From a bacterium (GTDB lineage: Bacteria > Zhuqueibacterota > Zhuqueibacteria > Oceanimicrobiales > Oceanimicrobiaceae), in assembly GCA_046757525.1 (NCBI GenBank), contig JBHHYI010000015.1, positions 1 through 39,936 on the forward strand: a DNA stretch of 39,936 nt, written 5' to 3'. The position numbers and the translations under genes were made by a program. Of the stretch, positions 9,728 through 22,271 are shown piece after piece (the first letter of the stretch is position 1; each line of letters begins with the position of its first letter). Below the pieces are notes generated by a model. It did not search any database and was not told the DNA's origin. It worked only from the letters and a program-made list of their open reading frames with translations.

Positions 9728-9743
9728 TGGCATGCATTTTGAT
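9728..9743 (+). promoter_or_regulatory. possible sigma54 (-24/-12) promoter of the clpB operon
   Basis: TGGCATG-N4-TTGAT versus consensus TGGCACG-N4-TTGC; correct spacing, about 150 nt upstream of the first ORF. Confidence 0.35.
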
Positions 9744-9895
9744 TCATCTCTGGCAACGCCACTGTCGTCGTTGGCACCATTGCTCAAAGGAGACGGTTGC
9801 GTACAGCGTCGAATGAAATTGGTTACAACGGATTTTTAGGCCCTGAGACAACGCAGCATCAGGTGATCTCAGGCCATAAACTAAAGGAGGACAAA

Positions 9896-10153
9896 ATGTT
9901 TCGCACGGCATTTTTTTACGACAGCTTTGGCGACTTTGTGGCAAGCCAGGGCAAACTGTACACTTTGGTGGGCGTTGGTTTGATTCTGTCGGCGATCGTG
10001 ATTTTCATCATGCCGGAAATCATTGCCTACCTGATTTCCGCCATCCTGATTTGGCTCGGTGTACTTTTGGTCACAATCGCCTTCAGATTAAGAAAACTGC
10101 GGAGACAAACCGATAGAAGATTTGACAGGACCTGGGAACTTTTTGACCTTTAA
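9896..10153 (+). CDS. small two-TM membrane protein (DUF3096-like)
   Basis: ATG 9896 behind AAGGAGG, 85 aa, hydrophobic hairpin IVIFIMPEIIAYLISAILIWLGVLL; directly upstream of clpB. Confidence 0.7.
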   Translation: MFRTAFFYDSFGDFVASQGKLYTLVGVGLILSAIVIFIMPEIIAYLISAILIWLGVLLVTIAFRLRKLRRQTDRRFDRTWELFDL

Positions 10154-10179
10154 AGTCCTTGTACAAATGAAGGAGATGA

Positions 10180-12837
<2,658 letters not shown>

Positions 12838-13086
12838 ATTCCTTACTGATAGTTTCAGGACACCTCTGTGTTCATCCACCCGAAGAGCCCCGTTCTGAGC
12901 GTGGCCGAAAGATTCTGTTTGGAACGAACATGAGGAGGTGGTGCCAGAAGTTAGAAGCGCTAAAACAAAGCGGGGCTTAAGTCAGTCTATTATTGTCAGG
13001 GTCTGTATCGATAAAAGAGCTTCATGCTCAGTGTAGTCCAGGCACGAAGCCAACCACTAATCTCATAATATACGGAGGAACAAAAA

Positions 13087-14595
13087 ATGAAAAAGCTTAC
13101 CAAACTGCAAATCGTCGTGGTGCTGATGGCCGGCATACTCATCGGCGGGTTGGCCGTAAGCCAGTTGGATTGGCTGCCAAAGACCCGTGCTGAAAATACG
13201 ACGCCTGAAGTCGTAAATACCCCAAAGCCTACCTACGATACCAACGTCATCCGAGATCTGAACAACGCGTTCATTGACATCGCCGCCAAGGCTAACAAAA
13301 GCGTTGTCACCATTTTTACCGATAAAGTCATAAAAGCCTCGCAACAGACTCAGAACCCTTTTGCCAACGACCCGTTTCGGGAGTTTTTCGGTGACGATTT
13401 TTTTGGCCGCTTCTTTTCTCCCCGGTTGCCTCAGGGTGACCGCCACTTGCGCGGCATGGGATCGGGGGTCATCGTCAGCGCTGACGGCTACATCTTGACC
13501 AACAATCACGTTGTTCAAGATGCCGATAAGGTGCAGGTCATGTTGTTTGGCGGCAAAAAAATCGATGCCAAGGTCATCGGCGCAGACGCCAAGACGGATA
13601 TAGCCGTGATTAAAGTAGATGGTGACCATCTGACGCCAATGGAACTGGGGGATTCAGACCAGTTGCACACCGGCGAGTGGGTGATGGCCATCGGCAGCCC
13701 TCTCAGCGAGAACCTGGCCCACACGGTTACGGCTGGCATCGTCAGCGCCAAAGGCCGTTCCAACGTCGGCTTAGCTGATTACGAAGATTTCATCCAAACC
13801 GACGCGGCCATCAATCCCGGCAACTCAGGCGGAGCCTTGTTGAATCTGGATGGCAAATTGGTTGGCATCAACGCTGCCATCGCCACGCAATCTGGTGGAT
13901 TTCAGGGCATCGGGTTTGCAGTGCCGATCAACATGGCACGGATGGTCATGGATGCGCTGATCAAACATGGCAAAGTGGTGCGTGGCTGGTTAGGCGTCTA
14001 CATTCAGAATGTGGATGAATCGATGGCGCATGCCATGGGTTTGACCGCTAACAAGGGGGCTCTGATTTCGGACGTGGTCAAAGATGGCCCTGCCGCCAAA
14101 GCCGGCGTGAAAGTGGGAGACGTCATTTTAAAACTGGATGGAAAACCGGTGAAGAATAGCACTCAACTGCGAAATCACATCGCCAGACTTGCTCCGGGCA
14201 CAGAGGTAAGTCTGACCGTCAACCGCGACGGTAAAGAAAAAACCATCGCGGTCACCCTGGGCGAATTGCCGGAAAAAACGCCCGCACCAGAGGTCAGAAA
14301 GACGATGGTCGACAAGTTAGGATTTAGCGTACAAGCGCTGGACAATCAGTTGGCAAATCAGTTTGGATTAGACCCCAACGACCGAGGTGTGGTCATTACA
14401 CAGATCAATCGGGGCAGCCAGGCGTTTGCTGCTGGTTTGAGACAAGGCGATCTCATCAAAGAAGTGAATCGTCGAAGAGTTGCCACGGTCAGAGAATTTT
14501 CAGATATCGTCTCCAAGGTGAAGTCCGGCGACACCATCTTGATCTACGCCAAGCGGCAGTCGAACCGATTCTTTGTAGCTTTTGAAGTCAAATAA
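13087..14595 (+). CDS. degP: Do/DegQ family periplasmic serine protease with two PDZ domains
   Basis: GSGVIV, ILTNNHVV, DIAVIK, QTDAAINPGNSGGAL; N-terminal signal/TM; GGAGG RBS. Confidence 0.95.
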   Translation: MKKLTKLQIVVVLMAGILIGGLAVSQLDWLPKTRAENTTPEVVNTPKPTYDTNVIRDLNNAFIDIAAKANKSVVTIFTDKVIKASQQTQNPFANDPFREFFGDDFFGRFFSPRLPQGDRHLRGMGSGVIVSADGYILTNNHVVQDADKVQVMLFGGKKIDAKVIGADAKTDIAVIKVDGDHLTPMELGDSDQLHTGEWVMAIGSPLSENLAHTVTAGIVSAKGRSNVGLADYEDFIQTDAAINPGNSGGALLNLDGKLVGINAAIATQSGGFQGIGFAVPINMARMVMDALIKHGKVVRGWLGVYIQNVDESMAHAMGLTANKGALISDVVKDGPAAKAGVKVGDVILKLDGKPVKNSTQLRNHIARLAPGTEVSLTVNRDGKEKTIAVTLGELPEKTPAPEVRKTMVDKLGFSVQALDNQLANQFGLDPNDRGVVITQINRGSQAFAAGLRQGDLIKEVNRRRVATVREFSDIVSKVKSGDTILIYAKRQSNRFFVAFEVK

Positions 14596-14614
14596 GCTGA
14601 CCCCAACGCAATCA

Positions 14615-14643
14615 AGGGTAAGAGGCTGGGTGCCTCTTACCCT
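14615..14643 (+). terminator. stem-loop after degP (terminator-like or mRNA-stabilising)
   Basis: Perfect 12-bp stem AGGGTAAGAGGC-tgggt-GCCTCTTACCCT; only a weak U-tract follows. Confidence 0.5.
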
Positions 14644-14683
14644 GTTCCTAATCTTGAATTGACACAGGAGTGTGACAAGTGCC

Positions 14684-15271
14684 ATGCGCAATATTTTTAA
14701 ACATATTTGTACGGCCAATCGGGAGGTGTCGCCTGAGGTGCTCGAGAGCGTGCTGGAGTTGGCGATCGAGTTGGCCCGGGAAGGTCGCGAAGGGCAGAAG
14801 ATCGGCACTTTGTTTACGGTTGGAGATGAGGAACATGTTCTGAAGTATTCCAGACCCCTCATTCTGGATCCGCTTTATGGCCATCCTTCGATATTGAAAA
14901 GAATCGACAATGCCGACATGCGCGAAACCACTAAAGAACTGGCTCAACTGGATGGCGCATTTGTGGTTTCCAAGGATGGCGTAATCCTTTCGGCGGCGCG
15001 TTACCTCGAGGCCCCGGGCGAAGGTGTTGAGTTGCCCCTGGGGCTGGGCGCGCGCCACATGGCGGCAGCCGCCATGAGCAAACACACCGCAGCCCTGGTC
15101 ATTGTTGTTTCAACCAGCTCCATCGTAAGGGTGTTCGACGACGGGGAGATTGTCGGTGAGATCCTGCCGGAGCTGTGGCTGATGAGTCGCTCGAGCTTCT
15201 ACATCGAACAGCCGCAAATCGTTGAAAACCGAAAGGAAAAAATCACCGTCGTCACCAAGGAGTCTAATTAA
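14684..15271 (+). CDS. stand-alone diadenylate cyclase (DisA_N/DAC domain, DacZ-like)
   Basis: ELAREGREGQKIGTLF, KELAQLDGAFVV (DGA motif), LGLGARHMAAA (RHR-type motif as RHM), VIVVS. Start at ATG 14684 or GTG 14672. Confidence 0.88.
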   Translation: MRNIFKHICTANREVSPEVLESVLELAIELAREGREGQKIGTLFTVGDEEHVLKYSRPLILDPLYGHPSILKRIDNADMRETTKELAQLDGAFVVSKDGVILSAARYLEAPGEGVELPLGLGARHMAAAAMSKHTAALVIVVSTSSIVRVFDDGEIVGEILPELWLMSRSSFYIEQPQIVENRKEKITVVTKESN

Positions 15272-15284
15272 ATGCGATCCTCCC

Positions 15285-16688
15285 TTAGCAAATGATTTCC
15301 TCCTGCGGTGTTGGAACATAAACCTGTTTCACGGCTCCCATAATCTTCTTGATGATTTTTAGATTCGGTCTGCCTGGTCGTCCATGCCCAAACAGCTCCC
15401 GGGCAATTCTTCTGGGCTGCAAATAAAAGCTGCGGTAAGCCTTCCGGCACAACGATTCCACCGCTTCAGGTGGCAACTGGTCCCCCTGGAACACCGCGTG
15501 CAAACCGTCGTACAGATTCCAATCCCGGGTTAGCAGCCGGTTCTTGAGTTCATACCAGGTGTCGGTGCCCGGGTAGGGGGTCAGGATGGAGAATTGCGCC
15601 GTGCCGGGATTGAGGGCCTTGGCATAAGCGATGGTTTCCAGGATTTCTGCTTCGGTTTCAGAGGGTTCGCCCAGGATGAGACCGCCAAAGGTTTCGATGC
15701 CGTTGAGGCGCAGCAACTTAACCGCCTCTTCACTGACCGTTGGCGAGGCTTTGCCGCCTTTGAGATAAGCCTTCAGCAGGCGCTTGTGCGGACTCTCGAT
15801 GCCCAGAAACATGGTGTGCACGCCCGCCTCGGCCATTTTCTCGGCTGTCTCAGGATGGTTGATGAGATGGTCGGCGCGTCCCATGACCCACAGCTTCACG
15901 TTCAGGCGCCGTTTGATGATCTCCTCACAAAAATTCAGCAGGCGCTCGGCGTCAAAGTTGATGATATCGTCCACAATGCGGATGTGGGTGCTGCCAAATT
16001 CATTCACCAGGTATTCCATCTCATCCACCGCATTTCTGACCGACCGTATGCGAAATCTTCGACCCGCAAGCAGCTTAACATCGCAGAATTTGCACCCATA
16101 GGGACAGCCGCGGGTTGTGACCACCGTAGGCACCACATGGTTGTCCACCCCCATATTCTTGTAAGGCAGATCCTCGCTTTCTCGCAATGGGTAAGGCAGG
16201 CTGTCCAGGTCCCAGATGAACGGACGGCTTGGATTGTGTACGATGTGCCCGCTGTTGCGATCAATCCAGGAAATGCCTTGCACTTTAGCAGGATCGAACT
16301 TGCCGTTGTACTTTAATCCTTCTAACAATTCAACGGCCGTGACTTCACCTTCGGAGCGAACTACGTAGTCTACAACCCCTGAACTCAGCGTCTCTTCGGC
16401 GCTGCTGGTGGGATGAGGCCCGCCCATGATGACGATCTTGCCGGCCTCTTTTGCGGCGCAGGCAATCCTCAAACCCGGTTTGAATTGTATGGTCGTGCAG
16501 GTGATGCCAACAACATCAGCATCGGTAAAATCAGGTATTTTTTCCCGGTCCTCGGAGAGGTCGAATTTTACGTCGTGGCCTGCTTGTTTCAAAACAGCAC
16601 CGACATACAACAACCCCAGCGGAGGAACACGTATACCCACATTTTCGTAAACAAACCCTCGGTAGGGGGTAACTAAAAGAACGTTCAT
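15285..16688 (-). CDS. cobalamin-binding radical SAM protein
   Basis: PPLGLLYVGA, GGPHPT B12-binding domain, TRGCPYGCKFC, GIES, ILTPYPGT; RBS AAGGAGGTG. Confidence 0.92.
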   Translation of the reverse strand: MNVLLVTPYRGFVYENVGIRVPPLGLLYVGAVLKQAGHDVKFDLSEDREKIPDFTDADVVGITCTTIQFKPGLRIACAAKEAGKIVIMGGPHPTSSAEETLSSGVVDYVVRSEGEVTAVELLEGLKYNGKFDPAKVQGISWIDRNSGHIVHNPSRPFIWDLDSLPYPLRESEDLPYKNMGVDNHVVPTVVTTRGCPYGCKFCDVKLLAGRRFRIRSVRNAVDEMEYLVNEFGSTHIRIVDDIINFDAERLLNFCEEIIKRRLNVKLWVMGRADHLINHPETAEKMAEAGVHTMFLGIESPHKRLLKAYLKGGKASPTVSEEAVKLLRLNGIETFGGLILGEPSETEAEILETIAYAKALNPGTAQFSILTPYPGTDTWYELKNRLLTRDWNLYDGLHAVFQGDQLPPEAVESLCRKAYRSFYLQPRRIARELFGHGRPGRPNLKIIKKIMGAVKQVYVPTPQEEIIC

Positions 16689-17006
16689 TTGTTTTCACCT
16701 CCTTCAAGTACCCTCAGATTGGTTGTGCCCAATCTTGGAGGTATCATGACCGGTTTTCGGTCGTCTTGTAATAACGGCGGCGGTAGTTCGAGTTTTATGG
16801 GTGAAATTGTACAACCAGTCGTGGCATAAAATGGAGCAGTGTTTTATTTAAGAGGACATCATCTTGCAGTCAGTTTGCTCGTGTTTGTTTCTTTATTGTA
16901 AAATTTTATTCTTCTAAACATTTGAGGCTTTCAAAAAATTCCAAAGAATCAACCTTGGCCAGAGCGGAGCGCCGTATTTGGGTTTGAATGCCTGTCCAAA
17001 TTCTTC

Positions 17007-17035
17007 TTGATTTTGTTAAGGGAACTCTTTATCAT
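17007..17035 (+). promoter_or_regulatory. sigma70-like promoter
   Basis: TTGATT-N17-TATCAT, 46 nt upstream of the ATG at 17082. Confidence 0.45.
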
Positions 17036-17081
17036 GGGTGTAGGATTGATTATTTACAAAAATTGAAGCAGGAGAATTCTG

Positions 17082-18362
17082 ATGCAAAAAGCGAAACTAC
17101 CAAGACGTGAATTTCTCGAAAAAATGTTTGCTGGTATGGCCGGCGCCTCTACCCTGGCTGCATTTGTGCCCATTCAGTCGGCTTTTGCAAACCAGCTCTC
17201 AGAAGTAAAGATTGGTGCGAACTCATTTGCTGAAATGCGCGATGAGTATTTGCTCTCGCCACAGGTCACTTACTTCAATCACGGCTCCATTGGTACCATG
17301 CCCAAAATGGTGCATGAAGCGCACAAGGGGTACCTCGAACTTTGCGAGTCCAACCCCTGGCTTTACATGTGGGGCGGTCCGTGGAAAGAGGCCCTCGCCA
17401 GTACGCGTGCAAAAGCGGCTAAATTCATGGGATGTGACGCAGACGAAATCGCATTCACACACAACACTACCGAGGGTTTCAATCTGCTGGCCAATGGCCT
17501 GCCCCTGGGAAATGGCGATGAGGTGGTCTTCAGCACCTTGAATCACGCTGGAGCCAGCCAGTGCTGGTTTCATTACGCACAAACCAGGGGCTATTTGGTG
17601 AATAAGTTTGATTTCCCTATCAGAGAAGTTCCAGGCCTGTCCAGGGAAGATGTGGTCGCAATCTACGCAAAGAACATTTCAGAAAACACGCGCGTGCTGG
17701 TTTTCCCGCATGTCGACAATTTGGTGGGCCTGCGGCATCCGGTGCGGGAGCTGGCGGCCATGGCCCACAGCAAAGGGGTCCAATACGTCGCCGTCGACGG
17801 GGCGCAGGCGGTGGGAATGATTGCGGTTAACGTGCAGGAACTGGGAGTGGATTTCTACGCCACCAGTCCGCACAAGTGGTTACAGGCACCTAAAGGCACC
17901 GGGTTGCTCTACTTGCGCAAAAAAGCCCAGGCGCAGCTTAGCCCCATGTGGGTGACCTGGGGACAGGCGAAGTGGAAAGGCACCGTGCGCGTATTTGAGG
18001 ATTACGGCACGCGCAACCTCCCTGAAGTTCTGGCGCTGGGAGATGCCATCGATTTTCAGGCGCGATTGGGGCCGGAAGCCACTGAGAAAAGACGCCAAAC
18101 TCTCTGGCGACATTTCTACAACGCTGTGGATGGCAACCCCGGGATCGCCTGGCGATCGCCCACAAGCTGGGATCTGGCCACTTCGATTTATACGATTGAG
18201 GTTGAAGGCAAAGACAGCCAGGATCTCTTTGAGAAACTGTACCAGAGCCAGGGCTACGTATTTCGAGCCTTTCACGCACCGCAATGGAACACCCTGAGAA
18301 TTTCGCCGAACATCTACAACACCCCCGAAGAAATAGATCGATTTGTGAAACTGCTGGGCTAA
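17082..18362 (+). CDS. Tat-exported class V PLP-dependent enzyme (isopenicillin N epimerase / cysteine desulfurase fold)
   Basis: PRREFLEK twin-arginine motif and AFA cleavage site; YFNHGSIG, HNTTEG, VDGAQAVG, SPHKWLQAPKGTG (PLP lysine), LRISPNIYN. Confidence 0.88.
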   Translation: MQKAKLPRREFLEKMFAGMAGASTLAAFVPIQSAFANQLSEVKIGANSFAEMRDEYLLSPQVTYFNHGSIGTMPKMVHEAHKGYLELCESNPWLYMWGGPWKEALASTRAKAAKFMGCDADEIAFTHNTTEGFNLLANGLPLGNGDEVVFSTLNHAGASQCWFHYAQTRGYLVNKFDFPIREVPGLSREDVVAIYAKNISENTRVLVFPHVDNLVGLRHPVRELAAMAHSKGVQYVAVDGAQAVGMIAVNVQELGVDFYATSPHKWLQAPKGTGLLYLRKKAQAQLSPMWVTWGQAKWKGTVRVFEDYGTRNLPEVLALGDAIDFQARLGPEATEKRRQTLWRHFYNAVDGNPGIAWRSPTSWDLATSIYTIEVEGKDSQDLFEKLYQSQGYVFRAFHAPQWNTLRISPNIYNTPEEIDRFVKLLG

Positions 18363-18431
18363 ACAGATTGTTCATCGTCGCACCTTGGCGGGGCAGTGTT
18401 TTGGCGTTATTAGCCGTGGAAAGGATGTGCA

Positions 18432-19166
18432 ATGAAAAACTACCAAAGATTGCTTTTAGTGGTCGTCGGATTGTTTGCCGCAAGTGATGTAGGAGCGCAG
18501 CCCGGCTTCACGAAGCAAACGATTTCCTTCCAGACCGCAGATGGCTTCACCATTCAAGCGACCCTGGGTTTACCCGCAACCACCAAAGAGAGATTACCTG
18601 CGGTAATCCTCATTCATCAGGGAGGTTCTGACAGAACTGAGTGGACGCCTTTTTTTAGCAAATTGCAAAAAGAGAACTATGTTGTTCTGGCTTACGACGT
18701 GAGAGGCCACGGCGCGTCGGACAAAGTGAAGAGCGTCTACGCCCTGTTCGATGACCCGAAGCAGGCCCCGCTGGACTTGCGCGCCGCCCTGCAATATTTG
18801 CGTTCTCTGAGCCAGGTGGACAGCCAGAGAATCGGAGTGGTGGGCGCATCAATTGGGGCCAATTTGGCTTGCGTTGCCAGCTCCGAGATGGGGGTCAAGA
18901 CCGCTGTGGCGATGTCTGGTAAGACCTCGGCGGTGTTCAATTTGGCCGGCAAGAAATTGTTGAAGCTGCACTCGATATTCTACATTGCTTCCGCTGGTGA
19001 CCAGGGCGGTAAGCGGGCTCAATGGGCGCGGGAGCTGTACGAGAAAACTCAAAAGCCGCACAAAATAGAGATTGTTAAAAACTCCTCCGCTCACGGCGTG
19101 AGCATTTTTGACGACGCCCCCGACTTAGCGAATCAAATATTGGCCTGGCTGCGGAATACTCTGTAA
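18432..19166 (+). CDS. secreted alpha/beta hydrolase
   Basis: Sec signal peptide, YDVRGHGAS, nucleophile elbow GASIG, late AHG His. Confidence 0.85.
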   Translation: MKNYQRLLLVVVGLFAASDVGAQPGFTKQTISFQTADGFTIQATLGLPATTKERLPAVILIHQGGSDRTEWTPFFSKLQKENYVVLAYDVRGHGASDKVKSVYALFDDPKQAPLDLRAALQYLRSLSQVDSQRIGVVGASIGANLACVASSEMGVKTAVAMSGKTSAVFNLAGKKLLKLHSIFYIASAGDQGGKRAQWARELYEKTQKPHKIEIVKNSSAHGVSIFDDAPDLANQILAWLRNTL

Positions 19167-19280
19167 GCGCTTTGAATTAAAAGAAACTAATTTATTGCCT
19201 TGTAAGTAATAAGCTGTGAAGGGAGTTTGAATTCCGCAGAAGGATTTGAGTAAGCTAAGCAATTGAGGAGGTTCTCATAT

Positions 19281-20111
19281 ATGAATGCAATCAAGACAGC
19301 GTTTTTGATGGCCATTCTAACCGTTCTCTTAGTGTTTATCGGCAACGTTATCGGAGGGCCCAACGGAGCCGTTTTTGCCTTCCTTTTGGCTGGCGGCATG
19401 AACTTTTTTAGCTACTGGTATTCCGACAAATTGGTGCTGGCCACCTATCGTGCCCGGCAGGTGAGCGAGGCCGAAGCCCCGCAACTGCACAGCATGGTGC
19501 GGCGCCTGTCCCAGAGTGCGGGGCTGCCCATGCCCAAAGTGTACCTGATTCCTTCCGAAACACCCAACGCCTTCGCCACCGGTCGCGACCCGTATCATGC
19601 GGCGGTGGCGGTAACCGAGGGGATTATGCGCACCTTGAGTCCCGACGAGTTGGAAGGTGTTTTAGGACATGAATTAGCTCATGTCAAGCATCGCGACATT
19701 TTGATTGGCTCGGTGGCTGCGACCTTCGCGGGCGCCATCAGCATGCTGGCATTTATCGGGCGTTTTGCCTACTTTTTCGGCGATGATGAGGAGGGCAACC
19801 CGCTGGCTGGACTGCTCATGCTGATTGTGGCGCCCATTGCTGCCATGCTGGTGCAAATGGCTATCTCGCGCTCACGGGAATTTGCTGCTGATCGCACCGG
19901 GGCAACCATCTCGCACAAACCGCTTTCTCTTGCTTCCGCCCTGGAGAACCTGGAACGCGGCGTGGAAAGGATCCCCATGCGCGCACATCCCAGTTCAGCA
20001 CACATGTTCATTGTAAATCCGTTGCGTGGCGGCGGCATGGCTTCTTTGTTTTCAACACACCCACCGATTGAGGAAAGAGTAAAGCGACTAAGAGAAATGG
20101 CTGTAAATTAG
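19281..20111 (+). CDS. htpX: zinc metalloprotease HtpX
   Basis: [49 protein letters not shown] 19281 behind GAGGAGG. Confidence 0.96.
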   Translation: MNAIKTAFLMAILTVLLVFIGNVIGGPNGAVFAFLLAGGMNFFSYWYSDKLVLATYRARQVSEAEAPQLHSMVRRLSQSAGLPMPKVYLIPSETPNAFATGRDPYHAAVAVTEGIMRTLSPDELEGVLGHELAHVKHRDILIGSVAATFAGAISMLAFIGRFAYFFGDDEEGNPLAGLLMLIVAPIAAMLVQMAISRSREFAADRTGATISHKPLSLASALENLERGVERIPMRAHPSSAHMFIVNPLRGGGMASLFSTHPPIEERVKRLREMAVN

Positions 20112-20212
20112 GGTTAGGCTCGAATTAGCGTTTGTTAAAATAAGAATTTATCCTTAATATTGAGGGTGTATTGAATGCACCCTCTTTTTATTCTGCATAA
20201 TGGAGAAGTGAC

Positions 20213-22138
20213 ATGAACGGAACGAGGCGCAAGCCTTCGAACAAAATCTCCAAGAAGAAACTCAACTTTTCGCTCTGGTACATCCTCTTGGCCTTTTTGG
20301 TGATGTATTTCATCCAGAGTTTTTTGATCCAGCAAAACGTTGAAAGAATTCCTTACAGCGAATTTAGACAGCTTCTGAAAGACGGTCGAGTCAAGCAGTG
20401 CACCATTGCCACGGACAAAATCTTTGGCGTCATGTTGTTGGACGAATCCACAACCGGGGAGTCGGAAAAACAAGCCTCTAACAGATTTCTATTTGGCAGT
20501 CAAAAAAATACATTAGCAGAGAACGAACGGTTTTTTGAAACCATTAAAGTTGAAGACCCGGACTTAGTGGACGATCTCATTGCCCAAAACATAAAATTCA
20601 ACGGCAAAACGGATGACGGCTGGTGGCAGGGTTTGCTGTTTTACTGGATTTTACCCATTGCAATCTTATTCGCGATTTGGGGATTTGCCTTTCGGCGGAT
20701 GAATCCGCAAGGGGGGCTCATGTCCATCGGCAAGAGCAAAGCCAAGATTTACGTTGAAGGCAAGACGAAAGTCAGCTTCAAAGATGTAGCCGGAATTGAC
20801 GAGGCCGTCGAGGAAGTGAAAGAGGTGGTGGAGTATTTGAGAAGTCCGAACAAATTCAAAAACCTCGGTGGTCAGATTCCCAAAGGCGTGCTTTTGGTAG
20901 GCCCCCCTGGCACCGGGAAAACCCTTTTGGCCAGGGCCGTGGCCGGGGAGGCCAGCGTGCCGTTCTTCAGTCTTTCCGGTTCTGACTTTGTGGAGATGTT
21001 TGTGGGGGTGGGCGCCGCCCGCGTGCGCGACTTGTTTCAACAAGCAGCGCAGCACGCGCCCTGCATTGTTTTTATCGATGAGTTGGATGCTTTAGGGAAA
21101 GCACGCGGCATGAACCCGCTGGCGGGACACGATGAACGCGAACAGACCCTGAACCAGCTCTTGGTGGAGATGGACGGCTTCGATCCCAACAGCGGCGTCA
21201 TCATCATGGCGGCGACCAACCGGCCTGAGATTCTCGACCTGGCCCTGCTGCGGCCGGGCAGATTTGATCGCCACATCGTCGTCGATCGGCCGGACATTAA
21301 CGGTCGCGAGGCGATCTTGAAGGTGCACTCTCGCAAGGTGAAGCTGGCACCTGATGTGGATTTGCGGGTGATTGCGGCCAGGACGCCCGGCTTTGTTGGG
21401 GCTGATCTGGCCAACGTGGTCAACGAAGCGGCTCTGCTGGCCGCCCGGGCGTCCAAGAAGCACATCATGCTGCCAGACCTGGAAGAGGCTATCGACCGAG
21501 TGGTAGCCGGTTTGGAGAAAAAGAGCCGTGTGCTCAACAAGAAGGAAAAGGAAATCGTGGCCTACCACGAGGCAGGCCATGCCGTTGTGGCTGGCAGTCT
21601 TTCCAATGTGGATCCGGTGCACAGAGTGTCCATCATTCCGCGCGGTGTGGCTGCTTTGGGGTACACCCTGCAACTGCCCACCGAAGACCGCTACCTGATG
21701 ACCAAAAGCGAACTGCTCAATCGACTCAAAGTCTTGTTGGGCGGCAGAGTCGCCGAGGAAATCATCTTCAAAGAAATCTCTACCGGTGCGCAAAATGATC
21801 TGGAGCGGGCCACCGCTTCTGCTCGCAGCATGGTGACTGAATACGGCATGAGCGAAAAGTTGGGACCCCTCTCCTATGCCAAGGAGAAAAAGCCGATGTT
21901 TTTGGGGGTCGACCTGGGCGGTGGTGGCGCTTACAGCGAAAAAATTGCCGCTGAGATCGACGAAGAAACTCGGAAAATCGTTGAGACTGCCTACGAAGCC
22001 GTAAAAAAACTTCTGTTGACCAAGAAGAGCAAACTTCAAGCCCTGGCGAAAATGCTGCTGCAAAACGAAGTTGTCGAGGGAGAGGAATTGGACAGCCTCT
22101 TGAACAGTACCTCAAGAAAGAGGAAGAAAAAGGATTGA
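20213..22138 (+). CDS. ftsH: ATP-dependent zinc metalloprotease FtsH
   Basis: Two TM segments, [50 protein letters not shown]. Confidence 0.97.
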   Translation: MNGTRRKPSNKISKKKLNFSLWYILLAFLVMYFIQSFLIQQNVERIPYSEFRQLLKDGRVKQCTIATDKIFGVMLLDESTTGESEKQASNRFLFGSQKNTLAENERFFETIKVEDPDLVDDLIAQNIKFNGKTDDGWWQGLLFYWILPIAILFAIWGFAFRRMNPQGGLMSIGKSKAKIYVEGKTKVSFKDVAGIDEAVEEVKEVVEYLRSPNKFKNLGGQIPKGVLLVGPPGTGKTLLARAVAGEASVPFFSLSGSDFVEMFVGVGAARVRDLFQQAAQHAPCIVFIDELDALGKARGMNPLAGHDEREQTLNQLLVEMDGFDPNSGVIIMAATNRPEILDLALLRPGRFDRHIVVDRPDINGREAILKVHSRKVKLAPDVDLRVIAARTPGFVGADLANVVNEAALLAARASKKHIMLPDLEEAIDRVVAGLEKKSRVLNKKEKEIVAYHEAGHAVVAGSLSNVDPVHRVSIIPRGVAALGYTLQLPTEDRYLMTKSELLNRLKVLLGGRVAEEIIFKEISTGAQNDLERATASARSMVTEYGMSEKLGPLSYAKEKKPMFLGVDLGGGGAYSEKIAAEIDEETRKIVETAYEAVKKLLLTKKSKLQALAKMLLQNEVVEGEELDSLLNSTSRKRKKKD

Positions 22139-22271
22139 GGGATTGGGCAATTGTTAAAATAAATTCAAATCCCGGTTGCCTGTATTTCCTTGCATTATTG
22201 TTGGCAAATAACCATATTCAGCTTGATTCAAAGGAATGCATTTACTAACCTAAAGTTTAGGAGAAACATTC

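Noticed and set aside
16709..16765. Leader hairpins as a c-di-GMP-I or cobalamin riboswitch
   Set aside because: The core consensus nucleotides (GGCAAA/GACGCAAAG, or the B12 box) are not present; kept only as an unnamed structure.
21092..22063. 323-aa minus-strand ORF
   Set aside because: Antisense to ftsH, no motifs.
22152..22168. TGTTA-N7-TTCAA as a GlnR/TnrA box upstream of glnA
   Set aside because: The right half does not match TNACA and no glnR is adjacent.
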